Shown here one piece after another: positions 1-13,059 of a stretch of 64,000 nt of DNA. The stretch spans positions 248,001-312,000 of the forward strand of contig NW_021825194.1 in assembly GCF_006345805.1 (NCBI RefSeq). The letters run 5' to 3'. Position numbers and translations under genes: made by a program. This DNA comes from Octopus sinensis. Taxonomy: Eukaryota. Every line of letters begins with the position of its first letter. Within the stretch, counting starts at the first letter, position 1. The notes beneath the pieces were generated by a model. The model saw only the letters and a list, made by a program, of their open reading frames with translations, ran no database searches and was not told the DNA's origin.

Positions 1-83
1 ATATATATATATATATATAGATAGATAGATAGATAGATAGATGGATGGATGGATGGATGGATGGATGGATGGATGGATGGATG

Positions 84-153
<70 letters not shown>
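1..153. repeat. compound microsatellite (AT)n(AGAT)n(GGAT)n(AGAT)n
   Basis: Read directly from the sequence. Confidence 0.97.
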
Positions 154-154
<1 letters not shown>

Positions 155-317
155 GTGTGTATATTTCCCTTGTAGTAGCAAAAAATCACACAAGTAAAAA
201 GGGCGTAACACCTTGTTTTTAAATGTAGAAACTCCGGGTTTATGTGAAATATTTTGTATAATATATATATGAATAAAAATAATAGAGTTAAACGCAGATG
301 TTATTCAAATTCTTTTA

Positions 318-357
318 CTTCCGACACATGTTTCGAAGATATCATTGGTATCATTCC
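318..357 (-). ncRNA. degenerate hammerhead ribozyme relic (PLE pLTR type)
   Basis: Minus strand reads ...ttc GAAAC ATGT GTC ggaag (3' half with palindromic stem III); the CUGANGA half is decayed (ggaatga). Confidence 0.4.
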
Positions 358-683
358 AAAGAAATAAAATGGTGTAAAACAATGTAATCTTCTCTTCGGG
401 GAAATGAAGAAATAAAAATCGATTAGACATTTTAACAGAATATGATGGATATGTATAGTGATGAACTGAACGCTATTAATTTTTCTTTTAGAAAATGTTA
501 GAGTATATAACGTCAAAGGCAGTCTATAGAAAGAGAAGGGGTAAAGGAAAGAAAAAATCAGAAACCAAATAAATGAGAAGTATAGAACGATATGTAAATT
601 AAATTAAATAAAACCCTAAAGTCTTGGAACAAGATATATCTAGTGAAAGTGAAATGTAAGAAGAAAATCAATGCTTAAAATAT

Positions 684-694
684 ATATTATATAT

Positions 695-784
<90 letters not shown>

Positions 785-812
785 ATATATATATATATAT
801 ATATAAACATAT
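684..812. repeat. (TA)n/(CA)n microsatellite
   Basis: Read directly; source of spurious YI/HT ORFs. Confidence 0.95.
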
Positions 813-974
813 ATACATATAAATGCATTATTGATCGCATTATTCCATTTGTGAGGAATAAAGTACAACTTCCATTATGGAATTCTAATGCTGATATCAT
901 CCTTTGGTTCAACTCCATCGGAGATAAGCAGAAGTTAAGATTTGTCCAATAACTCGATTTCCACAATTCTGTTG

Positions 975-2200
975 AAAAAGGCTCTTATTTTTGCCCGTAA
1001 TTTCATCGAAATCCCTGGCTCAGATATTGATGTTGTACTTGCAGCAAGGAAATCCTTCACCTCTTTCAATGAACAATACTGGATGGGAAGTGACACTCCC
1101 AACTAAATAGTTATTACGATGGGGCCTTCGGATTCTGCGCAGGTGACTAATTTTCCTCTTTTGGATGGTGTGCTATTTACCGCACGTGGCCTTTCTAAAA
1201 CGGCTCTTCAGAGGTTGAGGAAGTTTTGGGGGCAATTCTTGAAAAAGCAATTTGGTCTTAGCATTGTATTCGACCCTAATTCTAGGGTACTAAATTTCTT
1301 GGATGTTACTTTTGATTTAAACACGGGTCTATTTTGCCATTTTCGTAAGCCTAATAATTCAGTATATTTATTGCTTCATCAAACCACCCAAAATCAGTTA
1401 TAGATAGTATTGTCACTGCTATATCGATCAAGGTGTCCAATCTATCGGCAAAAGAGAAAAGTTTTAATAGACATGCACCGGAATATAATAATGCTCTGGC
1501 CTTAAGTAAGCTTAATGAGAAAATATTTTATATCTCCATCACAAAGCTTAAAAATAAGATGTGCGATTCCATTGGAAACCCTCCGAGTTTAGCTAATAAT
1601 CGATATAATCCGTTCATTAGGAATGGCCATGGGAGGCCTAATGGATTTGTTAATAATGATATTAACAATAAAGCTGATGTACGTAGCTGTAAAAAAAATC
1701 CGGTCAAACTAAAAAGTCTACAGTACTGGAAGTCATTTGGTATGTCCCCATTTTTTTCTTAAAGTCAGAAATTTGCTTGGTTAGTCAAAATTTTAGAGAA
1801 AAATCTCCCCGAAAGGCCACAAGCATTACTTTATTTGCAATAGATCTTCAATTAAGTTTTCATACTCTGTAACACCAAACTTGGGGTCCATTATTGCTTC
1901 TTCGAATAGACGTAAAATAAATGGAATACTCCAATTCTACCACGTTGGCATCCTATATTCATGATTTGAAGAGGAGGAATATGAGCTATACTAATGAATA
2001 GTCCTGTCCGAACCCCCCCCCCACTTTAATGCTAATTTAAACAGATGTAGATTATGCACAAGGGAATCGTACTTGATTCTCAAATGTTTTGGACCAAAAC
2101 TCCTTAATAAATTTATAAATTTTCTAATGTGGTCCCTTTTTGTAACCACTTTTTGTAATCTACTCAAACTTCTTGAGTAGATACAAAAATATAAGAATAG
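975..2200 (+). mobile_element. Penelope-like element relic, Naiad/Chlamys-like RT plus C-terminal half of GIY-YIG
   Basis: Fragments MGPSDSAQV, VLNFLDVTFDLNTG..RKPNN, MSNLSAKEKSFNRHAPEYNNAL, GHKHYFICNRSSIKFSYSVTPN(L)GSIIASSNRRKI, then STTLASYIHDLK..RCRLCTRESYLILK..LLNK. Many stops, frameshifts and internal deletions. Confidence 0.8.
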
Positions 2201-2364
2201 GGGTAAAATTAAAATGAGCCGTGATCTTGAATTGAAAATGAGTAGAATCAGCAACAAATTCTTTATATTTGAAATGGACAATGGACTAATCCTTGCTTGA
2301 ATCCACTGAATTCTTATTTCAACTTGTCTGCAATTGAACAATGTAATAATCAGAAATGTAAAGT

Positions 2365-2456
2365 TTTCTCCTGATGAAAAGGTGTTGCCGTTGGATTTCC
2401 TTAATGGATTGTACATTAACGATATGAAGCAGCATCCTTTGAAACGATCGGAGAGA
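2365..2456 (+). ncRNA. degenerate type I hammerhead ribozyme in PLE 3' pLTR
   Basis: tttctc CTGATGA aaaggtgttgc [loop] gcagcatccttt GAAA cgatc ggagaga; stems I and II pair, stem III is imperfect. Confidence 0.55.
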
Positions 2457-3094
2457 TGGGCTTGAATGGACTCTGTTCTGGTTTCCTTACTCTTTATTTT
2501 TTGTATTTATACTCTTGTATTTTTATACATCTTTATTCATATTATTTTAGCTCCATTGTATTAAATTTTTAGTCGCCTTTATTATGCACGAATTTATTCC
2601 ATATATTTTTCTTCATTCGACTTCACTCATATTACCCATTTAGGTTTTAACACCTTTTCATTGGGTGCCCTATTATTTTGATATATATTTATATTCGATT
2701 TTTGATAATTTGGGAAGTATATAACGTTGTTTTGACCGAGTGGAGTGTTTATTCTTATACCTTTCAATTTATTTCTCCTTTCGCCTTGGTGTCACCTGAG
2801 AACTTACAGCTGCAGTCCTATTTTTATTTTTGCTCTCAGGTTTGCGTTTGGGCTTCTGTTGTGTATGAATAGATAATTGAAAATATTGGAGTCAACAAGG
2901 AGTGCAGTTGCACATTTATTCTCAATCACTACAGATGTTTCTACGCAACGTAGTTCCCCAGTCATGCAGGCACTTGATTATGCAACCATTTCCCTGCATT
3001 ATGGATAACTACTCTGCATAGAAATAATTGTAGCGATTGAAAATAAATGTCCAGCCATACATTTTCTTGTTGACTTCAGTTTTTTTAAATTACA

Positions 3095-3559
<465 letters not shown>

Positions 3560-3565
<6 letters not shown>

Positions 3566-6459
3566 AAATAAATTTAACCCGAACCACATCAACCATAGAC
3601 AATATAACAACCCTCAGTACAAACATTATCTAATCGGCTACACAGTCAATCCACCACAAACATACTACCACAGACACAATTTACATCCATTTTCTCCTCA
3701 GCAAACCAAACACAATACAGACTTTCCACAACAATCCACCTATTACAACCATTTTTTAGACCTAAATTAGAGAAACAGAGATGTGAAATGGAACAAAATG
3801 TACAAGAACAACCGAAAATAATCAACTTATTAAAGAAAATCCTAAGTATTATACAACTAAAATTCTAGCAAGAGGTTTAAAGTTTACTCCAACCCCTCGC
3901 AGATCGAACCCGAATTAAATTAAGGACAATACTATGGATTTCTGCTGAAAATTACGCCTCACAGAAGAACTTCACAACTACACTAGCGAAGATGACTCAA
4001 TAGTAATAAAACACAAGTGAATACTGTCCTACAAAAGGCAGAAATAAAACACTTGATACTTTCTGTGAACACATTACCAGTTTTCCTTTTAATACCCTAC
4101 AAAAACAACGAATTAAGTCCAACCTTAATGTAAATGAATGGAAAGACCTAATCGAGTTAAAAAATGATATAAACCTCACCATTAAAGAAGCCGACAAAGG
4201 AAGTGCGGCAGAGGTGATGGGCACAGAGTACTACAAAAAGTTAATACTCTCCATGTTGGAAACTAATATATACTATGAGAAGATAGTACAATACAACCCA
4301 CAGAAGACACTTAAAAACTTGTCCTCCTTACTTCAAATACATGGAAAGGGTCTCAGGAAATAGACTATTTATCCAATTTTAAATACAGACCTAGTCTATT
4401 CTACGGATTACATAAAATACACAAAATCTACATATTTGTAAAGCTGGCAAAGTTTCTCCAAGCCTGTACATTAATGTTCCTCCCCCTACTGACCTGAAAA
4501 TGAGATCCATCATTGCTGGCCCTGCTTGTGAAACCCACCGTTTGAGCAACTTCCTCAACATCTTACTCAAACCGTTTCTAAAATATATGAAAAGCTTTAT
4601 CAGGGATGACTTAGACATGCTTAACCACCTCCCGAAGACAATAAATGAAGGAACCCTGTTAGTATCCTTAGTGAATTTGTACACCAATATCCCACACAAT
4701 TATGGTATAGAAGCGATCACCTTCTAGCTAGAAAAATACCCAGAAGAGATCCCAAGACGCATTAACCACAGATTCATAATCGAAGCACTCAAATTCATCC
4801 TACTGAACAACTATTTCATATCCGATACAGTTTACTACCGACAAAAATATGGAATTGCTATGAGAACCCGACCTGCTCCAGTGATTGCGAACCTTGTAAT
4901 GGGTTACCTAGAGCTTAAAATATATCAATCATCACTACAAAAATATGGCACCTCATTTCATTGCTATTTAAAGGAGAACTGGAAGAGGCATTTGGACGAT
5001 TGCTTTATACTTTGGAAAGACAGCATGGACAGACTCTTCGATTTCAAAATAATGCTTAACAATATTAATCGCAACATACAATTCACCATGGAGCACATCA
5101 GTAAACAACTCCCTTTTCTTGATATCCTAATTAAAATAGTCAATAACCACATCGAAACAGGCATCTTCTACAAACCCACAGATTCTAAACAATACCTATT
5201 ATTCAACTCATGCCACCCCAAACACATAAAAATTAATATACCTTATAATCTAGCGAAAAGAATCTGTACCATAGTTTCGGACATCTATACTCGTGAACGA
5301 AGACTCCTTGAACTCAGATCAATACTAATCAAAAGACATTACCCAATATCATTAATAAATGATGGCATTAAACGAGCTATGGAAATAGATATACGAACAT
5401 TATGGGAAGCCAACCGAAATACTAAACCAGACTTTAAAATACTCCCATACATCTCCACACATAACCCTAGAAACAACGAAGCCTTTAACATTATCATCCG
5501 AAATCTTCCCATTCTCACAGGAGATAAAACAACGAACAAAATTTTAGGATCACACAAAATTATCAAGAGCAAAATGCAACCTAAATCATCGAAAAAAATA
5601 TTAACCAGCGCAAGACTAGAAGAACCAAAAGTGAAAAACAACAGAACCAAAATTGAAAAAATTTGGTCGACCTAACTGTGGTACATGCCCCACCTTTTGG
5701 AGGGTTCAGAATTCCACTTTAAACAAGGTGAAATATTTAAGATCAAATCAAATTTCACCTGTGCCTCGGAAAATCTTATCTATGCCATTACATGCTTAGG
5801 GTGTGGTCATAATTATATTGGCCAAACAGGAATATCACCCCGTCGAAGAACCACTCTCCACAAAGAACAAATCCGTCACCCACAATACAGACAGATACAG
5901 GTTAGTTAACACATAGAAAGGTGCGCTGGGAATCTTAATCCTAATTTCCTAATTTTCCCCTTCTATCAATGTTCACTGAAAACCTCAGTACAACAAAGAA
6001 TGAATAAAGAGGCAACTTTCATCAATAAATATCTTCCATAACTCAATATGAACACATAATATAATACAGAACACTACTAACCTTTCAATTAATACCACTA
6101 ACCTCCATACACCCCATACACCGTTCACATTACAGATCTATATCTACCCTAATTGCACCAAATCCAGAACTACTTACCCTCCCTTACGCATAATCGTTTT
6201 ACTCAGGGACTAGTAGACCTGACACCGTTCATTAATCGGTGTGCATTCAAAGCAATGATTGGCAAATTCACGAATGCTTTTGGATCTCTTTAACAATTCA
6301 CATTAATGACTTGTATTACTTTTATTCTTACCTCAGTTCATCTAATTGTATATATCTATCGTTACTTTTCATAATAAGCCTTTACTTTTTTTTTCCAATG
6401 TGCATTTTCGGTTATTTTTCTTCTTACATTTCCACATGTAGTTTCTATTTTCTTTTTGT

Positions 6460-6460
<1 letters not shown>
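3560..6460 (+). mobile_element. Penelope-like element (Neptune/Poseidon-like) with decayed RT-GIY-YIG ORF at about 3790-6060
   Basis: MEQNVQEQPKIINL..RGLKFTPTP, KEADKG, RSIIAGPACETHRLSNFL, VNLYTNIPH, GIAM..APVIANLVMGYLE, RHLDDCF, LPFLDILI, YKPTDSKQYL..SCHPKH, NLIYAITCLGCGHNYIGQTG (GIY-YIG). Multiple frameshifts. Confidence 0.92.
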
Positions 6461-6646
<186 letters not shown>

Positions 6647-7467
6647 TCCTGCATATTTTTGTGTACGGATCTTCTGGCACAGAAGAAAGTGAGAGAGAAA
6701 AGAAGCTTACTTTGGGGGCTATAAGTGATATTGATCATTCGTTGCTAGAAAAGTTTGCAGACTATAAATAAAGTGAATGGTAAATGAAATAATTTAACAC
6801 GAAGGAAAGCTTTCCGTTCCGTGGGGGTAGCCATGCAAGTGAAAGATGTTTATGGAATACATTTGTCAATCGATAGTGATTGGAAGTGTGATCAGCTTAT
6901 CAGCAACCGAGTTTTGGAGTGACCGACTATATATGGAATGTTGTTTTGGGAAGAATAAACATACCATGCTTTGCCAAATGTTTTATTTATCTTTACTAAA
7001 GACAACTGGTTTTACTATAATTTAGAATTAATTAGTCATAATGCTTAGTAAAATATATCTAGAGCTGCAGCAATTTTTAACTCCTTTATATATTTAATGT
7101 AACTGGCATTTGAATCCTATATATATACATTGTGTATATGTCTATGTATTTGTAGATGTATATGTATTTCACGTTTGTAATCAGTATAATACATTCTCAT
7201 GTTTACATGTGACAAAATATATGAGAGCACAGTCGGGCATGGATGTACATGTGTTTGTGTGTATTTTTATGTGTGTGTGCATGTTTGTATATACGTATGC
7301 ATGAAAAGTATATAATGCATACTTACATACCAAATAAGAATGAACAAATAAACAGATAAAATTTGGCGTGCAATCAATTTATAATTACAGTATATTTGGT
7401 CAGTAAGTAGTGATTCTGAATTAACGTCCATATTTCTATTTCTTTCAAGCACATTCTCATATACATA

Positions 7468-7856
7468 CTCTCTTTTCTCTTTACTCTTTTACTTGTTTCA
7501 GTCATTTGACTGCGACCATGCTGGAGCACCGCCTTTAGTCGAGCAAATTGATCCCAGGACTTATTCTTTGTAACCCTAGTACTTATTCTATCGGTCTCTT
7601 TTGCCGAACCGCTAAGTTACGGGGACGTAAACACACCAGCATCGTTTGTCAAGCGATGTTGGGGGAAAAAACACACACACAAACATATACACACACATAC
7701 ATATATACATATATACGACGGGCTTCTTTCAGTTTCCGTCTACCAAATACACTAACAAGGCTTTGGTCGGCCCGAGGCTATAGTAGAAGACATTTGCCCA
7801 AGGTGCCACGCAGTGGGACTGAACCCGGAACCATGTGGTTGATAAGCAAGCTACTT
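7468..7856 (-). mobile_element. tRNA-derived SINE (octopus type), body; its head lies at 12991-13027
   Basis: Minus strand has B-box-like ggttcagtccc, then ggcaccttgggcaa, an internal microsatellite and an ...aaagagtaaagag tail. The A-box head is displaced by a LINE insertion. Confidence 0.85.
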
Positions 7857-8110
7857 TATTTCATAAATATTTGCCATGAATGCATTACAAAGAGGGGACG
7901 AACAAGAACAGACAAACATAAAAGAGTGAAGTAGTTGTAGCGATAAATATATTTACAATTTAAAAATACAATAATTTAATAAATATGTTTATAACTTTTG
8001 ACTTAAGCGTTGCTCATTACAAATGAAATTTGTAATGGCTTCTCTGAAGGATAGGCATCCGACCACCAGGGTAGACCCCTTGCTTTTTCTTTCTTGTCTT
8101 TGGTTTCCAC

Positions 8111-11100
8111 TTACCTGGTGCCCAGAACTCCCAGCTTCCTTGCCACAGGCTTCCATCTTCTCATGAATTTGTTTCGTGACAGGTACCTTTTCTCCAGCCT
8201 GATCTTATTACTGAGGTAGTAACTAAAAAAGTTAACCAACCCCTGACCGGATACAAAGGTACCCGACACTATGCCTCTCACACGCGTCTTCCATACTGTT
8301 TCTTTCAGTATGGCTACTACGCAGAAAAAGCAAGCCTTCTTTTCCCTGTTAAGGGAAGGAGGCGGCACAATCTCGATGTCAGATTCAGCTGATAGCTGTT
8401 CTCTTCCCATCGATGACAACAGTTGCTCTGTGAAAACTATCAGTCTCGTTAATTCCGGACACTCCACAAATGCGTGCAAGACGGTTTCCCTGTCCTGCCT
8501 GCACCTCGGACATGTCGGCGAGATGGCACTTCCGTACCTTGACAGTTTATCACGAACGGGTAACGCCGCACGGAAGCACTGCCAAGCCAGAGATTTCTGG
8601 TAATTGTCCAGATACCCCGGCCCGAAAGTTCTCTGGAACAGGTTGATTAACTGATTTTCATCGTAGCCCAGGGTCTCCCCCAAGGCGTCTTCGGACTTAA
8701 CCTCCACTAACCCACTATAGAAATCTGCGGTGGAACTCCTATTACCGGCATTGCCCGCCCGAGAGAGTAGCTAAAGTGCCTGGCGGCACTCCAATTGCCA
8801 ATCTCCCAGCCTAGGTCTCTGCTTGATCCAATTACCAATGTCCGTTAAGGATGTTAATTGCGGAAGGTAGAACCGAACGTGCGGTGACAACACCTGCTCT
8901 CCATCCAGCTAAAGCCAGAGGTGCCTCAACCTTAACGCGAATTTTCGCATCCTCAGCCAAGGCATCCCTAGCCCACCCTTTAGCGGTTTCTGGCAGCAGA
9001 CAGAGCGCTTCACAAGCGGCTTTCTTCCCTTCCACAAAAAGCGGAAAAGGATTCTCTCCAACTTGTTTATCCACAAATCGGGGCAAGACACCACGGTCAG
9101 ACGGTAGGTGATAACCGATGCTATAAACATCTGCACCACCTCCGCCTTTCCTAGCAAGGATAACGCCCGCCCAGACCAGGTCTGGTTTAGAGCAGTCACC
9201 TTGCTGGCCACCTCACTCCAATGTTTCTCTATCTGGAGGTCTGACCCGAATCAGACTCCGAGCAGCTTAACAGGACCTTCCGTCCAACGCCCCACGACGT
9301 TATTGGACGGCATCGGCTTGCCCCTCCAGGTGCCGAGCTGCAAACCAATTGACTTGTCCTTGTTAACCTTTGCTCCTGCCACCGCCTCGTAACTTTTGAT
9401 AGCCTCTTCCACCACTGGAAGCTGGCCCTCATCCGCCACGATGATGGAGATGTCATCCGCATACGCCGTAGCTCCTCTTCCACGCCGTAGATCATGCGGT
9501 GCGCACCCTAGTGCCTCTAACTTCCACAATAATGGCTCGAGAGCCAGTACATACAAAAGGGGGGGTCAGGGGACACCCCTGACGCACTGAGCGCTCGATC
9601 CTGAATGGCTTCGAAAGGAAACCGTTCACTTTTACGACGGACTCGATGTCGCTGTACAACGCAGCAATCCAACCGCGGAAAGTCGGGCCCAGGCCAGCCT
9701 TCTCGAGGACCGCCGCCAAGTACCAATGGTCGACCTTAGTGAATGCCTTAGACTGGTCTAAATGTACCACTGCCCCCCCCTCCCCCCTGCGCCAGAAAGC
9801 TTCCCCACCCTCTCTGAGGAGTAGCGAATAAGGTGCAGATTGTCGTGGATCGTTCTGCCCGGGATAGCGCACGTTTGCGCTTCCCCGACAAGTTTGTCCA
9901 CGACCCGCGCCAACCTTTTCGCTAGCACCTTGGCCAAAATCTTTAACTCTGTGTTCAGCAGAGTTATGGACCTGAAGTTTCCTATCTCGTCCCCCTTGTT
10001 CGGGTCCTTCCTGATCAACGCCACCACCCCTCGGCTCGCAGACTTGGGAATTCTCCTATTCCGCTGCCAATTGGCGCAGACGCTGGCCTGCAGGTGCCCG
10101 AATAAGTCTGGCATACTTTTGTAAAATTCGTTAGGCAGACCATCGAGACGCGGCGACGTCTCCCCGGGGCATTCGCTCAGTACCTCGATCACCTCCTCGG
10201 CCGTGATTGGCCCTTCACAGCACTTAGTCTCTCGTGCCGAGAGACGCGGGACGCCAGACAGGAAGTCCCTAAGGGCCTCGCCATGATCCAGCGCCCCGCC
10301 ACTCCAAACAACTTGGCAAAGTGCTTGTGAATCGCCTCACACATCTCATCTCGTCTATCAGCTGAACACCCATTGTCATCCACGAGAGACCTAATTGTGG
10401 CATCATTGCCACGCTGGGTTTCTACCGGACGGGCCCATCCGGCAACATTAATTCCCTCATGGCCCAATGCGCGCACTTTAGCCCGAACTCTGCACCCCTC
10501 ATGTTTGGCTTTGAGGTGACGTTCCAAGGCCGTTCTCGCTGCCAAAATGTGAGGTGCGGAGCCCATCCTCAACGTCTCCTCTAGGTCCTTAACTAGTTGC
10601 CCTTCTATCCTGGCCTTATCTAGTCTTAGCTGACGGCTAAACCTAATAGACTCAAAACGAATGGCTCTCTGGAGGGCGAACCACCACCGGTTATTAACTA
10701 CCGCGTCGGTTAACGCCCTCTGTACTAATTCCTCAATCCGGCTACGGTATGCCTCGCAAGTCAGAATAGACTTGTTCAGCATCCAGTAGCCGGATCCTCT
10801 CTTAACTGTACTATCTATGTCCAGTCTACACTTAACCATTCTATGGTCAGTGTAAGCTAATTGGACAAGCTGTGGACAGCTAAACCTAGACTTATCTCCA
10901 GTTCTTATCACTATTCTATCTAAATAGGGCTTGAACCTTCCGTCACCACTCATCCAGGTCCACTTTGGGACGTTCCGATGGTCAAGTCTGTAACGATCTG
11001 TCAGTTGAAACCGCTTGAGTAGATCAACGAGACGTGAGTTTACTTTCCTATAGATCGAGCCAACGCTATCGATGCGCGTATCAACAATAGCGTTAAAGTC

Positions 11101-11517
11101 TCCTAACACCATTAATGTCTTTGACGTCACGAGAAAGTTCTCTAGGCACCGATAAAAATCAGTTTGAAATCCTGTAGCACAAGGCGCATAGATCCCGATC
11201 AACCTGAAGGCCTTACTGCTGCATGCCGCATCAATGACGACCAGCCCACCTGGGTCTACATAGACTGTACTTGTCTGCAGAGCCAAGTCTTTTCGAACCA
11301 GTACTACTACACCCCCTCTCCCTCTGGTATGGCTAGGAAACATGATTTTCTCATAGTCATTCAGGAGGGGCGAAAAGGCTTGTAGACTGTCCAGCTTGGT
11401 CTCTCTAGCAAGCATCACATGCATATCGTGTGATCTGAGGTCGTCGAGGAAACAAGCTTGCTTCCACTTCGAGCCCAGACCACGCACATTCAAACACCCA
11501 AGGTTAAGTACAGTCAT
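8111..11517 (-). pseudogene. LINE ORF2 (APE endonuclease, reverse transcriptase, CCHC), frameshifted
   Basis: LGCLNVRGL..ETKL, GIYAP, LGDFNA, YLDRI, TDH; PRLDGLPNEFY, FRSITLLNTELKILAK, LDQSKAF, VRQGCPL, AYADDI; CPRCRQDRETVLHAFVEC. Confidence 0.92.
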
Positions 11518-12505
11518 TTAAAACAAAAGAAAAGCAAGGGTTCTACTTACTCTTTGACCTTTTCTTTTATTGGTGATGCTGGGGTTGACCTCATCACACG
11601 TGAGGCAGTCCTTTCCTCCTGCTCCTTTAAAAACTCCTTCAAATTCCGCGGAAGGTCCGGGATATTCGTGATGGTTCTCGGATACCTACCCTTCATTTCA
11701 TTATATAGTTTTTCTGGTATCCGTGCCTTCGGGCTGCTGCAACAGCTCCACGGTGTGGTACTTCTTTAATGTGTCTATAATATATTTTTCCCTGGTATCA
11801 AATCTACGCGAATGTGGTCTTTTTTGTCACATTCAAAACACGTGGGCTTTTTGCCCTCTACTTGAATCTTGAGGGCAATATCTTCCCCCAAGAGCACACT
11901 TTCTGTCAGCATTTCGATGTTTTCTTGTGTTCTCTGCATAATCGCAGAGATGCTCTGCCCTTGCCAATTTTGTGGGGCAGTGCATGTGATTTGGAGGAAG
12001 GTGATTTTGTCCGTCCTGTTATACAACAGGGCGGCCATCACCTCCCTTGCCTCAATTTCTGTTGGTACTTCATTTATTCTAACGCGTGCTGTTCTCCTTC
12101 CCGTGTATGTTTGGAGCAGCACCACCTCCTTCATTTTCAGAGGACTCACTCTATTGTTCCATATGCCCGGCCCCTCGCTATGTATTTTATATCTTTCCAT
12201 ATAGGGGCCAGGCATTTTTCTATTTCGCACTTTTCGGAGTGCTTGAATTTTTTCGATGAAGGACAGTAGGTTTTGTAAACGACTGTTCTTCTCTTCATAT
12301 TTTCAACACTAGGGGAGGGTGAGATCTTTATATCTCCACCCTCCTCTTTCATTCTCTCAAAAAACTCGGAGAGCTTCTCCGTTTCTATTACAACATTTTT
12401 ACAAGATACAGCGGCCACTGCCGTGAACGTTTTTGCTGGCTCATGCAGCTGGTTTGTTTGTTGAATTATTTCGACCGACATATTCATTCGAAATAAATTA
12501 TACAC
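11518..12505 (-). pseudogene. LINE ORF1 (Gag-like, one CCHC knuckle relic)
   Basis: ORFs 12146-12505 and 11775-12230 with CFECDKKDHIRVD; lies directly upstream of the ORF2 ATG (TAAATG). Confidence 0.75.
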
Positions 12506-12990
12506 AATTTAATCCCAGAAAAAGGGAAACCTATAATTTTTTTACTTTTTTTATCCTCTCAACGAGGACAACAGTTCAAATCCCACCCCCGCCGGGGTAC
12601 GAGACGTAGCAACAAAGCCTACAACGTTCGAAATTAAATTTTTTGCGCAGTGATAAATATACAATTTCCCAAAAACGGGAAACCAATAACATTTTTTCCT
12701 CTTAACGAGGATAACAGTTCAAATCCCACCCCCGCTGGGTGGGGGAGGGGCACGACAATAAAGCCTATAACGGCTTTAATAAGTTCAATATTAATAATAT
12801 TAATAATTTCAATATTTCAACAATTACTTTCTCCCGTCACCGGGAAAAAGCACAAAAATTTTCAAAGTTCAACAATGTTCAACAGTTCGAAAATATTCAA
12901 CAATAAACAACAATTCCAATAGAAAAATTTTCCAACGTTCATCAGAACGTTTGACTCACCGCCAAAAACCACGTCTGTCTACGACAAAGG

Positions 12991-13027
12991 TAAGCAAGCT
13001 ACTTACCACACGGCCACTCCTGCGCCT
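12991..13027 (-). mobile_element. tRNA-like head (A-box) of the SINE split by the LINE
   Basis: Minus strand aggcgcaggagtggccgtgtggtaagtagcttgctta continues seamlessly into 7842 downward. Confidence 0.85.
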
Positions 13028-13059
13028 ACACAAATACATATATACACAATGTGCCGACA

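Larger units (their letters stand above)
7857..12990 (-). mobile_element. full-length Tx1/L1-like LINE (about 5.13 kb), decayed
   Basis: ORF1, APE-RT-CCHC ORF2, 3' AATAA(A) end, and perfect 14-bp TSD taagcaagctactt at 7843-7856 and 12991-13004. Confidence 0.92.

Noticed and set aside
8271-11385. Plus-strand ORFs overlapping the LINE (likewise opposite CR1, RTE and the other LINEs)
   Set aside because: Antisense shadows of GC-richer RT coding sequence with no independent motifs.
12991-13027. tRNA-like sequences here and at 43617 and 45547
   Set aside because: They are SINE heads continuing into SINE bodies, with no complete cloverleaf.
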